Shown here: piece after piece, positions 48,772 through 58,936 of the stretch
How the letters are laid out: each line of letters opens with the position of its first letter
Numbering within the stretch: position 1 is the stretch's first letter
From: an uncultured Thiotrichales bacterium
GTDB lineage: Bacteria; Pseudomonadota; Gammaproteobacteria; Francisellales; CACEW01
Direction: 5' to 3'
DNA: 64,000 bases
Assembly: GCA_903870015.1 (NCBI GenBank)
Contig: CAIQBE010000020.1
Coordinates: 3,143 to 67,142 of the forward strand
Notes under the pieces: generated by a model
Told to the model about the DNA's origin: nothing
What the model saw: only the letters and a program-made list of their open reading frames with translations
Databases searched by the model: none
Position numbers and translations under genes: made by a program

Positions 48772-49881
48772 TCAAAAAACGGGCTTTAGAACCCCCACCA
48801 CCAACTCCTGATCCCCAAGCGTCAAAAACCCACTCATAGGCAAACTAAGAATCTCCTTGGAAACCAGCGCCGAAACCGGAAAATCAGCATCCACATACCC
48901 AAGCCCTTTAAAACAAGGCTGCCCATGAATAGGCATCGGATAATGTACCGCCGTCGGAATCCCTGCAGCAGCCAATTTCTTCACCACAGCATCACGATCT
49001 TTAACCCGAATAGAATACTGCGCATAAACATGACTATGCCCGGGCAAAGTCACTGGCGTCACCACATCAAGATTTTTCAATAACTCACCATAACGCGCAC
49101 CCAATTCATCTCGACGTTTCAATTCATCATCAAAATACTTCAACTTCACATTCAATACCGCCGCCTGAATGGTATCAAGCCGGCTATTTAAACCCACATA
49201 ACTATGCTGATACCTCGCCGTTTGCCCATGCACACGCAAAGCTTTGATCTTTGCTGCCAATTCATCATCATTGGTAAACAGCGCCCCGCCATCACCATAA
49301 CAGCCCAAAGGCTTTGAGGGAAAAAAACTAGTGCACGCCATATCCGATAAATTACAGGATTTTTTGCCTTTATACACCGCGCCAAAACTCTGGGCAGCAT
49401 CCTCGATCACATAAATTTTATGGCCGAATTTTTGTGAATACTCCAAAGCAATCGCGTTAATGGCATCCATATCGGCAACCTGGCCATACAACGATACTGG
49501 CATAATCGCACGGGTTTTTGGAGTAATGGCTGCCGCAATTAACGCTGGATTGATGTTATAACTTTGCTCATCAATGTCTACTAAAACGGGCTTCGCACCA
49601 AAAATAGCTGAGGCCTCTGCCGTAGCAATAAAAGTGAATGAGGGCGTAATCACCTCATCCCCAGGCTTAATATCAATCGCCATCAACGCCAGCATTAAGG
49701 CATCAGTACCATTGGCACAACTAATTGCATGCTTAGCGCCTGTATATTCAGCCAAAGAAGCCTCAAGCACATCAACATCTTTGCCCAAGATAAAGGCGGT
49801 GCTGGCAAGTACTTTGCTGATGGCCGCATCGATTTCGCCTTGATAGGCCCGATATTGGGCCTCTAAATTTATAAAGTGCAT
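48772..49881 (-). CDS. DegT/WbpE/ArnB-family sugar aminotransferase
   Basis: 369 aa. DAAQSFGA motif and PLP lysine in TSFFPSKPLG. Confidence 0.88.
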   Translation of the reverse strand: MHFINLEAQYRAYQGEIDAAISKVLASTAFILGKDVDVLEASLAEYTGAKHAISCANGTDALMLALMAIDIKPGDEVITPSFTFIATAEASAIFGAKPVLVDIDEQSYNINPALIAAAITPKTRAIMPVSLYGQVADMDAINAIALEYSQKFGHKIYVIEDAAQSFGAVYKGKKSCNLSDMACTSFFPSKPLGCYGDGGALFTNDDELAAKIKALRVHGQTARYQHSYVGLNSRLDTIQAAVLNVKLKYFDDELKRRDELGARYGELLKNLDVVTPVTLPGHSHVYAQYSIRVKDRDAVVKKLAAAGIPTAVHYPMPIHGQPCFKGLGYVDADFPVSALVSKEILSLPMSGFLTLGDQELVVGVLKPVF

Positions 49882-49971
49882 GGTCTCAACCTATGAAAAT
49901 ATAAGGCATTAGAACATAAAACAAGACATTAATTCAAGTAGATCTCTTAAAATGCAAAAAACACACACAAC

Positions 49972-50931
49972 TCACCCCCCATTTCCCTTGGGCAAATCCT
50001 TATCAAAGTTCAAGCGCTCTTCCTCAACAACCAAAGGCCGCTTCATCACCTGCGTATGAATCGCCATAATATACTCACCCAACAGACCGATAAAGAACAA
50101 TTGCACTGAAAAAAAGAAGAAAACACCAATAAGCACAGGCGCAATACCCAGGGCAAATTGCTTCCAAAAAATGAGCTTAAGAATCAAATAAATCACAGCA
50201 ATCAGCATAGACACGCCTGATAAGAAAAACCCACAAATGGTAGCAAGTCTTAAGGGCACTTTTGAATGGCTGGTAATGCCGAGCATCGCGATATCATAGA
50301 GCGTATAAAAGTTATTTTTGGTAATACCCCGCAAGCGCCTCGGCTGGTTAAAAGGAACTTCAGCGACTTTAAAACCGAGCTCGGAAACCAAGCCACGCAG
50401 ATAAGGATAGGGATCTTCAAGCGTTCTTAACATAGCAATGACTCGTTGGTCATAGAGGCCAAAACCCGTAAAATTATGGATCAGCTTGGCCTCAGAAATA
50501 CGCGCCACTAAAGAATAATAAAGCTTACGAATTTTAAACATGATCCGAGATTCTTGACTGACAGGCTTAATGGCCGCCACAACTTTAAAGCCCTCTTCCC
50601 ATTTTTTAATGAACTCGATAATCATTTCAGGAGGATCTTGTAAATCCGTTGCCATCAAAATAACCGCATCACCCTCTGCCTGCATCATGGCATAATATGG
50701 CGAGCGAATATGTCCAAAATTACGGGCATTGAGAATCACCTTCACCTGCGGGTTCTCATGAGCCAAAGCTTTTAGCAAAACTGCTGTCTGATCCTGGGAG
50801 CAATTATCAATAAAAACAAACTCAAAAGCATACGCTTTAAGCGTTTGAGTGATAGCCTGTAAACGCTCATAAAGGGGCTTGATATTGTCTTCTTCGTTGT
50901 AGCAAGGTAAAACAATACTAATTTTTTTCAT
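49972..50931 (-). CDS. Polyprenyl-phosphate glycosyltransferase (GT2, ArnC/GtrB/DPM1-like)
   Basis: ISIVLPCYNEEDNI and FIDNCSQDQT motifs, plus two C-terminal TM helices typical of this subfamily. Confidence 0.8.
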   Translation of the reverse strand: MKKISIVLPCYNEEDNIKPLYERLQAITQTLKAYAFEFVFIDNCSQDQTAVLLKALAHENPQVKVILNARNFGHIRSPYYAMMQAEGDAVILMATDLQDPPEMIIEFIKKWEEGFKVVAAIKPVSQESRIMFKIRKLYYSLVARISEAKLIHNFTGFGLYDQRVIAMLRTLEDPYPYLRGLVSELGFKVAEVPFNQPRRLRGITKNNFYTLYDIAMLGITSHSKVPLRLATICGFFLSGVSMLIAVIYLILKLIFWKQFALGIAPVLIGVFFFFSVQLFFIGLLGEYIMAIHTQVMKRPLVVEEERLNFDKDLPKGNGG

Positions 50932-50945
50932 ACTTTTTCCTTTAA

Positions 50946-52682
50946 TTACGTACCTTCCATCTCAAGCGGTTTAACAAATGGCTCCATATCCGTAATAGGT
51001 CGACCAAAGGCAATCTTAGGATAAACATGAAGACTAGGCTCAATCATCACTTGCAATAATGCCGGTTGCTTTGGATCAGCCCAAAGCCAATGCATAGCAT
51101 CATGAATTTCATTATCCTGACTAATCGTCTTGGCAGTAATCCCATAAGCTTGAGCTACCGCTTCAAAATTAGGCGCACTATAACCCCAATAAGTTGACTG
51201 GTATCGACTATCAAAATAACTATCTTGAAACTGGCGAATCATCCCCAAACTCTGATTATTTAATACGATAATTTTGATGGGTAGTTGATTGCGCACAATG
51301 GTCTGCAACTCTTGAATATTCATCTGTAAACAACCATCCCCGACAATAACCACCACTGGCTGCTTTTGACAAGCAAAAGAAAAGCCCATGGCTGCGGGCA
51401 AAGCATAACCCATGGCCCCCATACCTGCTGAAGTAACGAACAATTGACTCTTTAATATTTCCAAGGATTGTGCCGACCACATTTGATGACTACCAACATC
51501 AACGGAATAACCTACTGCTACCTGCGAAGACTGGGAAAGCGCGTGTATAAATACATTAGGGTTAATCCCCTGAACATCTTTAAGCTCGTTAAGGTCTGGC
51601 CACTGGGCTTTTAGCTTTAAAATATACGCAATCCAATCATCACAGGAAAATTTGCTTAACAAATTAGCTTTTGTTTTTGCGAAAAAAAGATCAAAAAACA
51701 CCTGCAAATCAGTGACCATGGGAATGCAGCCAGGAATTCGATTATTAATTTCACCGATATCACAATCCACATGAATAATCGTTTTGTTCGCCGCAAATGC
51801 TTGGGTATCAGCCCCAGTTTGTCGAATATCAAGACGACTGCCTAATACCAGCAGCAAATCACTTTCAGCAAAGGCGATATTTGCCCAACGATTACCATAA
51901 CTACCAATAAAACCAACACGTAAAGGATGATCATACGGCATGAGATCTAAGCCTAAAAGAGAAGTAACCACAGGCATTTGACACAACGCTACAAATTCCA
52001 AAAAAGAGGCCCTAGCCCTTGCTGCATTGACCCCTCCTCCTGCCAAAATCAAGGGCCGCTTTGCTGTTGCAATAGCGTTAACAAGCACATCAATATTTTC
52101 TAATTTTGTAGTATCAAGCCCCCGCTCCCTAAATAATTCAACAGGGGGCGGACACTCTATTTGCACACGTTGTATATTCATGGGAATATCAATTAATACA
52201 GGGCCAGGACGACCACTCACACTTATTTTATAGGCCTGTTCTAATAAGCTCGGCAGATCTTCAGCACGTTCAACCTGCACCGCCCACTTGGTAATAGGCA
52301 AGGCCATGCTGACAATATCTGTTTCTTGAAAGCCAAGTTGACGAATGGCTTTCATACCTTTTTGCTCGTGAGTATTCACCTGCCCTGTGATAAAAATAGC
52401 AGGACAAGAATCAAAATAACAACCAGCAATCCCTGTCAATAAATTGGTAGCGCCTGGGCCACTTGTTGCCAATGCAACGCCTGGCTTACCCGTAATTCGG
52501 CCAAAGGCATCTGCAGCAAAAGCCCCTGCTTGCTCATGATGCACGCTAATGATATTCACTTGTCCCCTTTTATGGAGGGAATCGAGAATATGCGTAATCA
52601 TACCGCCAGCAACTTCAAATACATGACTAATTTTTTGGGCACCAATAAATTCAGCAATATAGTCACTCGCCTTGTATTTCAT
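50946..52682 (-). CDS. Thiamine-diphosphate-dependent enzyme (acetolactate synthase large subunit / YerE-like)
   Basis: 578 aa. ThDP motif GDGCLQMNIQELQT...VLNN and N-terminal Pyr domain (catalytic-Glu region HHEQAGAFAADAF). Confidence 0.85.
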   Translation of the reverse strand: MKYKASDYIAEFIGAQKISHVFEVAGGMITHILDSLHKRGQVNIISVHHEQAGAFAADAFGRITGKPGVALATSGPGATNLLTGIAGCYFDSCPAIFITGQVNTHEQKGMKAIRQLGFQETDIVSMALPITKWAVQVERAEDLPSLLEQAYKISVSGRPGPVLIDIPMNIQRVQIECPPPVELFRERGLDTTKLENIDVLVNAIATAKRPLILAGGGVNAARARASFLEFVALCQMPVVTSLLGLDLMPYDHPLRVGFIGSYGNRWANIAFAESDLLLVLGSRLDIRQTGADTQAFAANKTIIHVDCDIGEINNRIPGCIPMVTDLQVFFDLFFAKTKANLLSKFSCDDWIAYILKLKAQWPDLNELKDVQGINPNVFIHALSQSSQVAVGYSVDVGSHQMWSAQSLEILKSQLFVTSAGMGAMGYALPAAMGFSFACQKQPVVVIVGDGCLQMNIQELQTIVRNQLPIKIIVLNNQSLGMIRQFQDSYFDSRYQSTYWGYSAPNFEAVAQAYGITAKTISQDNEIHDAMHWLWADPKQPALLQVMIEPSLHVYPKIAFGRPITDMEPFVKPLEMEGT

Positions 52683-52703
52683 GTCAGCCCCGAGCCTTGA
52701 TAA

Positions 52704-53903
52704 TTAAAATTGCTTTAAAAAAAGCGCCGTAGACTCATGCATATGCCCAACCATTTCATCGTTAAGCCCATGATGACACGCCTGCAAAATACCTCCGCGC
52801 ATGACATCATCAGTATGGACATAACCAGCATCACTTTGTCGGCGCGCAATCGTCTGAAAGCCCGGTTGACGCAAAATATTTCCAGTAAAAATAGTCCGAG
52901 TCTGAATATTGCGCTTTTCTAAAAATATTTGCATATCCGTTCGACTAAAGGGTGCATCAGAACGGACTGTTAAAGGAAAAGCCAACCAGCCAGTACGTGA
53001 GTTAGGCAACTGCTTAGGTAAAATAAAAAATTGCTCGTACTGCTTGTAAAAGTCTAAATGCTGCTGAAACCATTTTTCACGTAGATCAATATTCAAATCA
53101 AGCTTTTTCAACTGCACCGTACCAAAAGCTGCACCCATTTCACTAGGCTCAATGTTATAACCCAAGCGCTCAAAAATAAATTTGGCATCATAACGAATGC
53201 CTTCAACAAAAACATTAAAGCGATTTTCGATAGCTTCAGATTCAACAAATAATGATGAACTACGACCCCAACTGCGCAAAAGCTTGGCTTCTGTCATCTC
53301 TTTTTCTTGATTAAAGCAGACCATCCCACCATTACCACCACAATTAATCACATGCGAGCCATAAAAACTGGTGGTACTCATATCGGTAAAGCGCCCAGAA
53401 GATTTTCCATCAATTAAGGCCCCTAGAGTATCTGCCGAATCCTCTATAACGAGCAAGTTATATTTATCAGCCAAAGCCCGAAGTTTTTTCCAGTCCGGTA
53501 AATTACCTAAAAGATTGGGAATCATCATCGCCCTGGTTTGAGGCGTGATCATGGCTTCAACTTGATTGGCATCAATATTGTATGTGCCTGGCTCTACATC
53601 CACAAAAGCAGGGATCAAATCACTTTTAACGATCGGCGCTACGGTCGTTGAGAACGTTAACACCGGCGTAATCACTTCAGATTTTGGCGGAAGATTGGCA
53701 ATTTCAATGGCGAGATAATTGGCAGATGAACCCGAGTTCACCATCACACCATATTTTTTATCAAACTTCGCAGCAACGCCGGTTTCCATCTCAGTAACAT
53801 GTTTACCCATTTGCGTGCTGGTCCGTAACACATGAGTCACTGCCGCAATTTCCTCTTCACCATGGACAGTGCATCCATAGGGCACACGAATAAAATCAGT
53901 CAT
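52704..53903 (-). CDS. rfbH: Nucleotide-sugar 4-keto-6-deoxyhexose 3-dehydratase (RfbH/DdhC/ColD family)
   Basis: NSGSSANYLA motif, and His replaces the PLP lysine (TSFYGSHVI). ATGA overlap with the rfbG stop if the start is 53903. An alternative ATG lies at 53909. Confidence 0.82.
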   Translation of the reverse strand: MTDFIRVPYGCTVHGEEEIAAVTHVLRTSTQMGKHVTEMETGVAAKFDKKYGVMVNSGSSANYLAIEIANLPPKSEVITPVLTFSTTVAPIVKSDLIPAFVDVEPGTYNIDANQVEAMITPQTRAMMIPNLLGNLPDWKKLRALADKYNLLVIEDSADTLGALIDGKSSGRFTDMSTTSFYGSHVINCGGNGGMVCFNQEKEMTEAKLLRSWGRSSSLFVESEAIENRFNVFVEGIRYDAKFIFERLGYNIEPSEMGAAFGTVQLKKLDLNIDLREKWFQQHLDFYKQYEQFFILPKQLPNSRTGWLAFPLTVRSDAPFSRTDMQIFLEKRNIQTRTIFTGNILRQPGFQTIARRQSDAGYVHTDDVMRGGILQACHHGLNDEMVGHMHESTALFLKQF

Positions 53904-54955
53904 GAACATCTCCTTGAAAAAGTTTGAATTTGATTAACGGTAAACTGTAGCATATCCTGATTACCACGCAAAGCTTGATACCAGTCAACAATCATAGTTA
54001 AAGCTTCATTGATATTAAGCACAGGATGCCAATCTAAATGCGTTTCGGCTTTTTGGATATCAAGCTTTAAATAATGAGCTTCGTGCGGATGCTGGCCTGG
54101 ATCCTGCTGCCAAGCCCCTTGACCAAATCCTGAAATTAAAGCCTCAACAATTTGCGCCACTGTTTTGGCATCTTGGCTATAGGGCCCAAAATTCCAGGCT
54201 TCCGAAAATTCTTGGGGCTGATTCCATAATTTTTCAGCCAACACAAGATAACCATGCAATGATTCTAATACATGTTGCCAAGGACGTATGGCATTGGGAT
54301 AGCGGAGGTTGACGGTTTCATTTTTTTGAATCGCCCGAATAAAATCAGGAATTAAACGATCCACAGAAAAATCACCACCACCAATGACATTCCCTGCTCT
54401 TGCAGTTGCCACGCCTATTTTTTGCGTATCAAAAAAAGAATTACGGTAAGACGCCATCACCAACTCCGCACAGGCTTTACTGGCACTATAAGGATCATAG
54501 CCCCCCATAGGCTCATTTTCACGATAAGGCCACACCCATTCTTTATTTTCATAACATTTATCGGTGGTAATCACAACGATGCTTTTCAACGAGGGAATGT
54601 GACGCGCAGCTTCTAGCACATGCACCGTCCCCATGACATTACTCATGTAATTTTCAATGGGATTGTTATAAGATTCGCGCACCAAGGGCTGAGCTGCTAG
54701 ATGAAATAAAACCTCAGGCTCACTTGCCCGCATGGCTTTTAAAATGCTGTCGTACTGATTGATATTACCGATCTCACTATCGATCAAACGCTCAAGGCCC
54801 GCTAGCTTAAAAAGCGCGGGCTCTGTATTAGGCGCCAAAGCAAAGCCTTTGACTTTTGCACCCAAAGTGCTGAGCCATAAACTCATCCATGAGCCCTTAA
54901 AGCCCGTATGCCCGGTTAAAAAAACTTTTTTATCTTTCCAAAAAGTATGATTCAT
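53900..54955 (-). CDS. rfbG: CDP-glucose 4,6-dehydratase
   Basis: 351 aa. TGHTGFKGSW Rossmann motif and YSASKACAE catalytic dyad. Confidence 0.9.
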   Translation of the reverse strand: MNHTFWKDKKVFLTGHTGFKGSWMSLWLSTLGAKVKGFALAPNTEPALFKLAGLERLIDSEIGNINQYDSILKAMRASEPEVLFHLAAQPLVRESYNNPIENYMSNVMGTVHVLEAARHIPSLKSIVVITTDKCYENKEWVWPYRENEPMGGYDPYSASKACAELVMASYRNSFFDTQKIGVATARAGNVIGGGDFSVDRLIPDFIRAIQKNETVNLRYPNAIRPWQHVLESLHGYLVLAEKLWNQPQEFSEAWNFGPYSQDAKTVAQIVEALISGFGQGAWQQDPGQHPHEAHYLKLDIQKAETHLDWHPVLNINEALTMIVDWYQALRGNQDMLQFTVNQIQTFSRRCS

Positions 54956-54958
54956 CGA

Positions 54959-55729
54959 CTATTTCCAAACTTTCCAAGGCGCCTTGCCCGATTGCCATAG
55001 CTCTTCTAAAAGATGTTTTTCGCGCAAAGTATCCATGGGCTGCCAAAAGCCCTTATGAAAATAAGCACTCATTTGGCACTCAGTAGCAAGTCGGTGCATA
55101 GGCTCCTGCTCCCAAAGTGTGTGACCCCCATCAATATAATCAATCACTTTGGGAGACAATACAAAAAAGCCACCATTAATCCAAGCACCATCACCCCGTG
55201 GTTTTTCTTTAAAAGAAAGCACTTGATTCTCTGAAAACTCAATGGCACCAAAGCGACCCGGAGGCTGTGTTGCCGTAACAGTTGCCAAACGCCCCTCTTT
55301 TTTGTGAAGCGCTATCAGCTCATGAATATTGACATCAGAAAGGCCATCACCATAGGTAAAACAAAAATCCTCTTGATCTAAATAAGGCATAACCAGCTTT
55401 AGGCGACCCCCAGTCATAGTTTCATCGCCTGTATCTAACAAAGTCACTTTCCAGGGTTCAGCGTGTTTTTGATGCACTTCCATTTTATTATGCTGCATAT
55501 CAAAGGTCACATCAGACATATGCAAAAAATAATTAGCAAAATACTCTTTAATAACATAGCCTTTATAACCTAAACAGATAACGAAATCATTGATCCCATA
55601 ATGAGAGTAAATCTTCATGATATGCCACAAAATCGGCTTACCCCCAATTTCAACCATAGGCTTGGGGCGAAGTGATGTTTCCTCGCTAATACGCGTCCCT
55701 AAACCCCCTGCTAAAATAACTGCCTTCAT
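54959..55729 (-). CDS. rfbF: Glucose-1-phosphate cytidylyltransferase
   Basis: 256 aa. [38 protein letters not shown]. Confidence 0.92.
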   Translation of the reverse strand: MKAVILAGGLGTRISEETSLRPKPMVEIGGKPILWHIMKIYSHYGINDFVICLGYKGYVIKEYFANYFLHMSDVTFDMQHNKMEVHQKHAEPWKVTLLDTGDETMTGGRLKLVMPYLDQEDFCFTYGDGLSDVNIHELIALHKKEGRLATVTATQPPGRFGAIEFSENQVLSFKEKPRGDGAWINGGFFVLSPKVIDYIDGGHTLWEQEPMHRLATECQMSAYFHKGFWQPMDTLREKHLLEELWQSGKAPWKVWK

Positions 55730-56706
55730 ATTATCCCCAAATCTAATAAGACCAATCGCTTCAAATGTGCTTTAAAATCCATAGTGGCACTCCAGTGCAA
55801 TGCTTTAACAAGCTTCGTTGAATCAATCGCATACCGCCAATCATGCCCAGGGCGATCCGTCACAAAACGAATCAAAGAATGATAAGACTGCTCGCGCGGC
55901 TTTAACTCATCAAACAAATCACAAATCAATTTCACAATATCAATATTGGCCCATTCATTGTGACCACCGACATTATACACATCGCCGATCTTACCCTGAC
56001 GCAAAATCAAATCAATCGCAGCACAATGATCCTCAACATACAGCCAATCACGAATATTACTGCCATTGCCATACACAGGAATTGGATGCCATTCTAAACA
56101 AGAACGAATTACCGTCGGAATAAATTTTTCAGCATGCTGCAAAGGACCAAAATTATTAGAACAATTTGAAGTCGTCACCGCCAAACCATAAGTATGATGA
56201 TACGCCCGGACCAAATGATCTGACCCTGCTTTCGACGCCGAATAAGGCGAATTAGGCGCATACTGTGTTGCCTCAGTAAAAGGCAGATCATTCGGCCCCA
56301 GAGTGCCATAAACCTCATCGGTAGAAATATGATGAAAACGGCATTTTGCTTTGCGTGCCGCCTCTAACAAGCTATGCGTACCCAAAACATTAGTTCTCAC
56401 AAAAATCGCCGGATCTTTAATAGAATTATCCACATGCGATTCTGCAGCAAAATGTACTATCGTATCAATCTCATGCTCTTGCAAAAGCCTTTCAACCAAG
56501 GCTTGATCACAGATATCCCCCTGCACAAAAATATGACGGTCTGGATGCGGAAGACCCGCAAGATTATCCAGCGAACCCGCATAGGTTAAAAGATCTAAAT
56601 TGACAATCAAACTCTCAGGATAGTGCTTTTGCCAATAATGGATAAAGTTAGCGCCAATGAAGCCCGCCCCGCCAGTCACCAGCAGTTTTTTTAACTTAAA
56701 CTGCAT
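55726..56706 (-). CDS. rfbB: dTDP-glucose 4,6-dehydratase
   Basis: Start at [21 protein letters not shown], catalytic YSASKAGSD. The track ORF carries a 22-codon 5' extension. Confidence 0.92.
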   Translation of the reverse strand: MQFKLKKLLVTGGAGFIGANFIHYWQKHYPESLIVNLDLLTYAGSLDNLAGLPHPDRHIFVQGDICDQALVERLLQEHEIDTIVHFAAESHVDNSIKDPAIFVRTNVLGTHSLLEAARKAKCRFHHISTDEVYGTLGPNDLPFTEATQYAPNSPYSASKAGSDHLVRAYHHTYGLAVTTSNCSNNFGPLQHAEKFIPTVIRSCLEWHPIPVYGNGSNIRDWLYVEDHCAAIDLILRQGKIGDVYNVGGHNEWANIDIVKLICDLFDELKPREQSYHSLIRFVTDRPGHDWRYAIDSTKLVKALHWSATMDFKAHLKRLVLLDLGII

Positions 56707-57526
56707 ACATATCCTGTAATTCCTCTTGCCATGAGCACTGACAAATCCCAAAAATTTTGTTGATTCTATCACAACTCAACACCGAATTCGATGGCCGCTT
56801 CGCCTTCACCGGATACTCCGCCGTGGTAATCGGCACAAGAGTGCACTTTTCTGGATCAACAAAGCTTTTAGCAAAATCATACCAGGTCGTTTGCGGTGCA
56901 TCAGTATAATGATAAATACCCCAATGCGATGTTAACTGTGGATGCGCTAACAAAGCCAAAATCACTTTGGCAATATGGGATGCTCCAGTAGGTGAGCCGT
57001 GTTGATCCGCGACAATTTTCAGCTGATCACGCTCTTGTGACAGTCGCGTAATTGTTTTGACAAAGTTATTGCCAAAGCGCCCAAAGACCCAGCTGACCCT
57101 TAAAATAATATGTTTATCCCAAGTCGCTTGCAGCAATGCCTCTCCGGCAAGTTTAGAGCCGCCATACACACCCTGAGGATTAGGAGTGTCCGTTTCAAGA
57201 TAAGCAGCTTTTTTAGTGCCATCAAAAACATAATCCGTGGAGATGTGAATCATCGGGACATTATATTCTGCACAAGTTTTTGCAAGATTGGCAACACCCA
57301 TGGCATTCACAGCAAAAGCCTTTTCAGGCTCATCTTCCGCTTTATCCACCGCCGTATAGGCTGCACAATTGACCAGATAATCAACCCCCGAAAGATCTGC
57401 TAAATCAGACTGAGTAATATCTAACGCTTTTGATGAGTATGCTAGTACTTCATGACCCGCTGCTTTTGCTAGCAAAGTAAGCTCTTGCCCCAATTGCCCA
57501 TTAGCCCCTGTAATGAAAAGCTTCAT
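56696..57526 (-). CDS. rfbD: dTDP-4-dehydrorhamnose reductase
   Basis: 276 aa. MKLFITGANGQLG and YGGSK motifs. Confidence 0.9.
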   Translation of the reverse strand: MKLFITGANGQLGQELTLLAKAAGHEVLAYSSKALDITQSDLADLSGVDYLVNCAAYTAVDKAEDEPEKAFAVNAMGVANLAKTCAEYNVPMIHISTDYVFDGTKKAAYLETDTPNPQGVYGGSKLAGEALLQATWDKHIILRVSWVFGRFGNNFVKTITRLSQERDQLKIVADQHGSPTGASHIAKVILALLAHPQLTSHWGIYHYTDAPQTTWYDFAKSFVDPEKCTLVPITTAEYPVKAKRPSNSVLSCDRINKIFGICQCSWQEELQDMYAV

Positions 57527-58068
57527 GGCAAAGTAGCCTCTTTAAGCAAAGCAAATTTTTGATCTTTCGCTGAAAGTAATGGTGTAGCACCTATTGGGAT
57601 TGGCCAATCAATATTGAGGGCCGGATCATTCCAAATAATCCCTAACTCAAATTCAGGATGATAGTAATCGCTACATTTATAATGAAAATCCGCAGATTCA
57701 CTCATCACATAAAAACCATGAGCAAACCCTTTGGGGACAAACAATTGCCAATGATTTTCATCACTCAAAACCACACCATAACTTTTACCAAAAGTTGGCG
57801 AGTTTTGGCGAATATCCACAGCGACATCAAAAACCTGGCCACGAGAAACCGTCACCAATTTATCTTGAGGATGTTGCGTTTGAAAATGTAACCCACGTAA
57901 AACACCCTGCTGTGATCGGGACATATTATCCTGGACAAAATCACAAGTAACTCCCATCTTTCGATAGCGCTCGGCCTGATAACTCTCAAAAAAATAACCG
58001 CGGGCATCGCCAAAAACTTTAGGTTTAATGAGTAATAGCCCAGCCAAACCTGTTTCAACCACTTCCAT
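57523..58068 (-). CDS. rfbC: dTDP-4-dehydrorhamnose 3,5-epimerase
   Basis: 181 aa. GDARGYFFESY and RGLHFQ cupin motifs. Confidence 0.92.
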   Translation of the reverse strand: MEVVETGLAGLLLIKPKVFGDARGYFFESYQAERYRKMGVTCDFVQDNMSRSQQGVLRGLHFQTQHPQDKLVTVSRGQVFDVAVDIRQNSPTFGKSYGVVLSDENHWQLFVPKGFAHGFYVMSESADFHYKCSDYYHPEFELGIIWNDPALNIDWPIPIGATPLLSAKDQKFALLKEATLP

Positions 58069-58069
58069 T

Positions 58070-58936
58070 TTATTTTCCTAATAAACTTAATAAATATTTG
58101 CCATAACCACTTTTACATAAAGGTTTTGCTAATATTTCTAATTGCGCAGCATCGATAAAACTTTTGCTAAATGCCACTTCTTCAGGTGAACCAATATAAT
58201 GCCCCTGACGCTCTTGAATCACACGAATAAATTCCGAGGCCTCGAGCAAAGACTCATGCGTACCCGTATCAAGCCAGGCAAATCCACGCCCTAGCGTTTC
58301 GACCTGCAACTCACCACGATCCAAATAAATCTGATTCAAACATGAAATTTCAAGCTCACCACGTGCCGAAGGTTTAAGGGTCTTGGCATATTCCGAGGCC
58401 TTGCCATCATAAAAATACAAGCCCGTAACCGCATAATTAGATTTTGGCTGCTTAGGTTTTTCTTCAATATTTAAAGCCTTACCAGTAGCATCAAACTCCA
58501 CAACCCCATAACGCTCAGGGTCTTTGACATTATAAGCAAAGACCATACCACCCTTGGTTAACTCAGAAGCTTTTTTAAGGGTATCCGAAAAATGTTGGCC
58601 AAAAAAAAGATTATCGCCTAAAATCATCGCCACCGGTTTTTGATCAATAAATTTTTCACCAACAATAAAAGCATCAGCCAAACCACGGGGCTCATCTTGA
58701 ACTGCATAGGAAAGACGCATCCCCAATTGCGAACCATCACCCAATAAATTTTGAAAATGCGGCGTATCCCGAGGCGTTGAAATAATCAAAATCTCACGAA
58801 TGCCAGCCAGCATCAGTACTGACAAAGGATAATAAATCATTGGCTTATCATAAACTGGCAATAGTTGCTTACTAATCGCCAGCGTTGCCGGATGCAAACG
58901 CGTCCCTGAACCCCCTGCCAAAATAATGCCTTTCAT
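58070..58936 (-). CDS. rfbA: Glucose-1-phosphate thymidylyltransferase
   Basis: 288 aa. [18 protein letters not shown]...[17 protein letters not shown]. Confidence 0.95.
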   Translation of the reverse strand: MKGIILAGGSGTRLHPATLAISKQLLPVYDKPMIYYPLSVLMLAGIREILIISTPRDTPHFQNLLGDGSQLGMRLSYAVQDEPRGLADAFIVGEKFIDQKPVAMILGDNLFFGQHFSDTLKKASELTKGGMVFAYNVKDPERYGVVEFDATGKALNIEEKPKQPKSNYAVTGLYFYDGKASEYAKTLKPSARGELEISCLNQIYLDRGELQVETLGRGFAWLDTGTHESLLEASEFIRVIQERQGHYIGSPEEVAFSKSFIDAAQLEILAKPLCKSGYGKYLLSLLGK

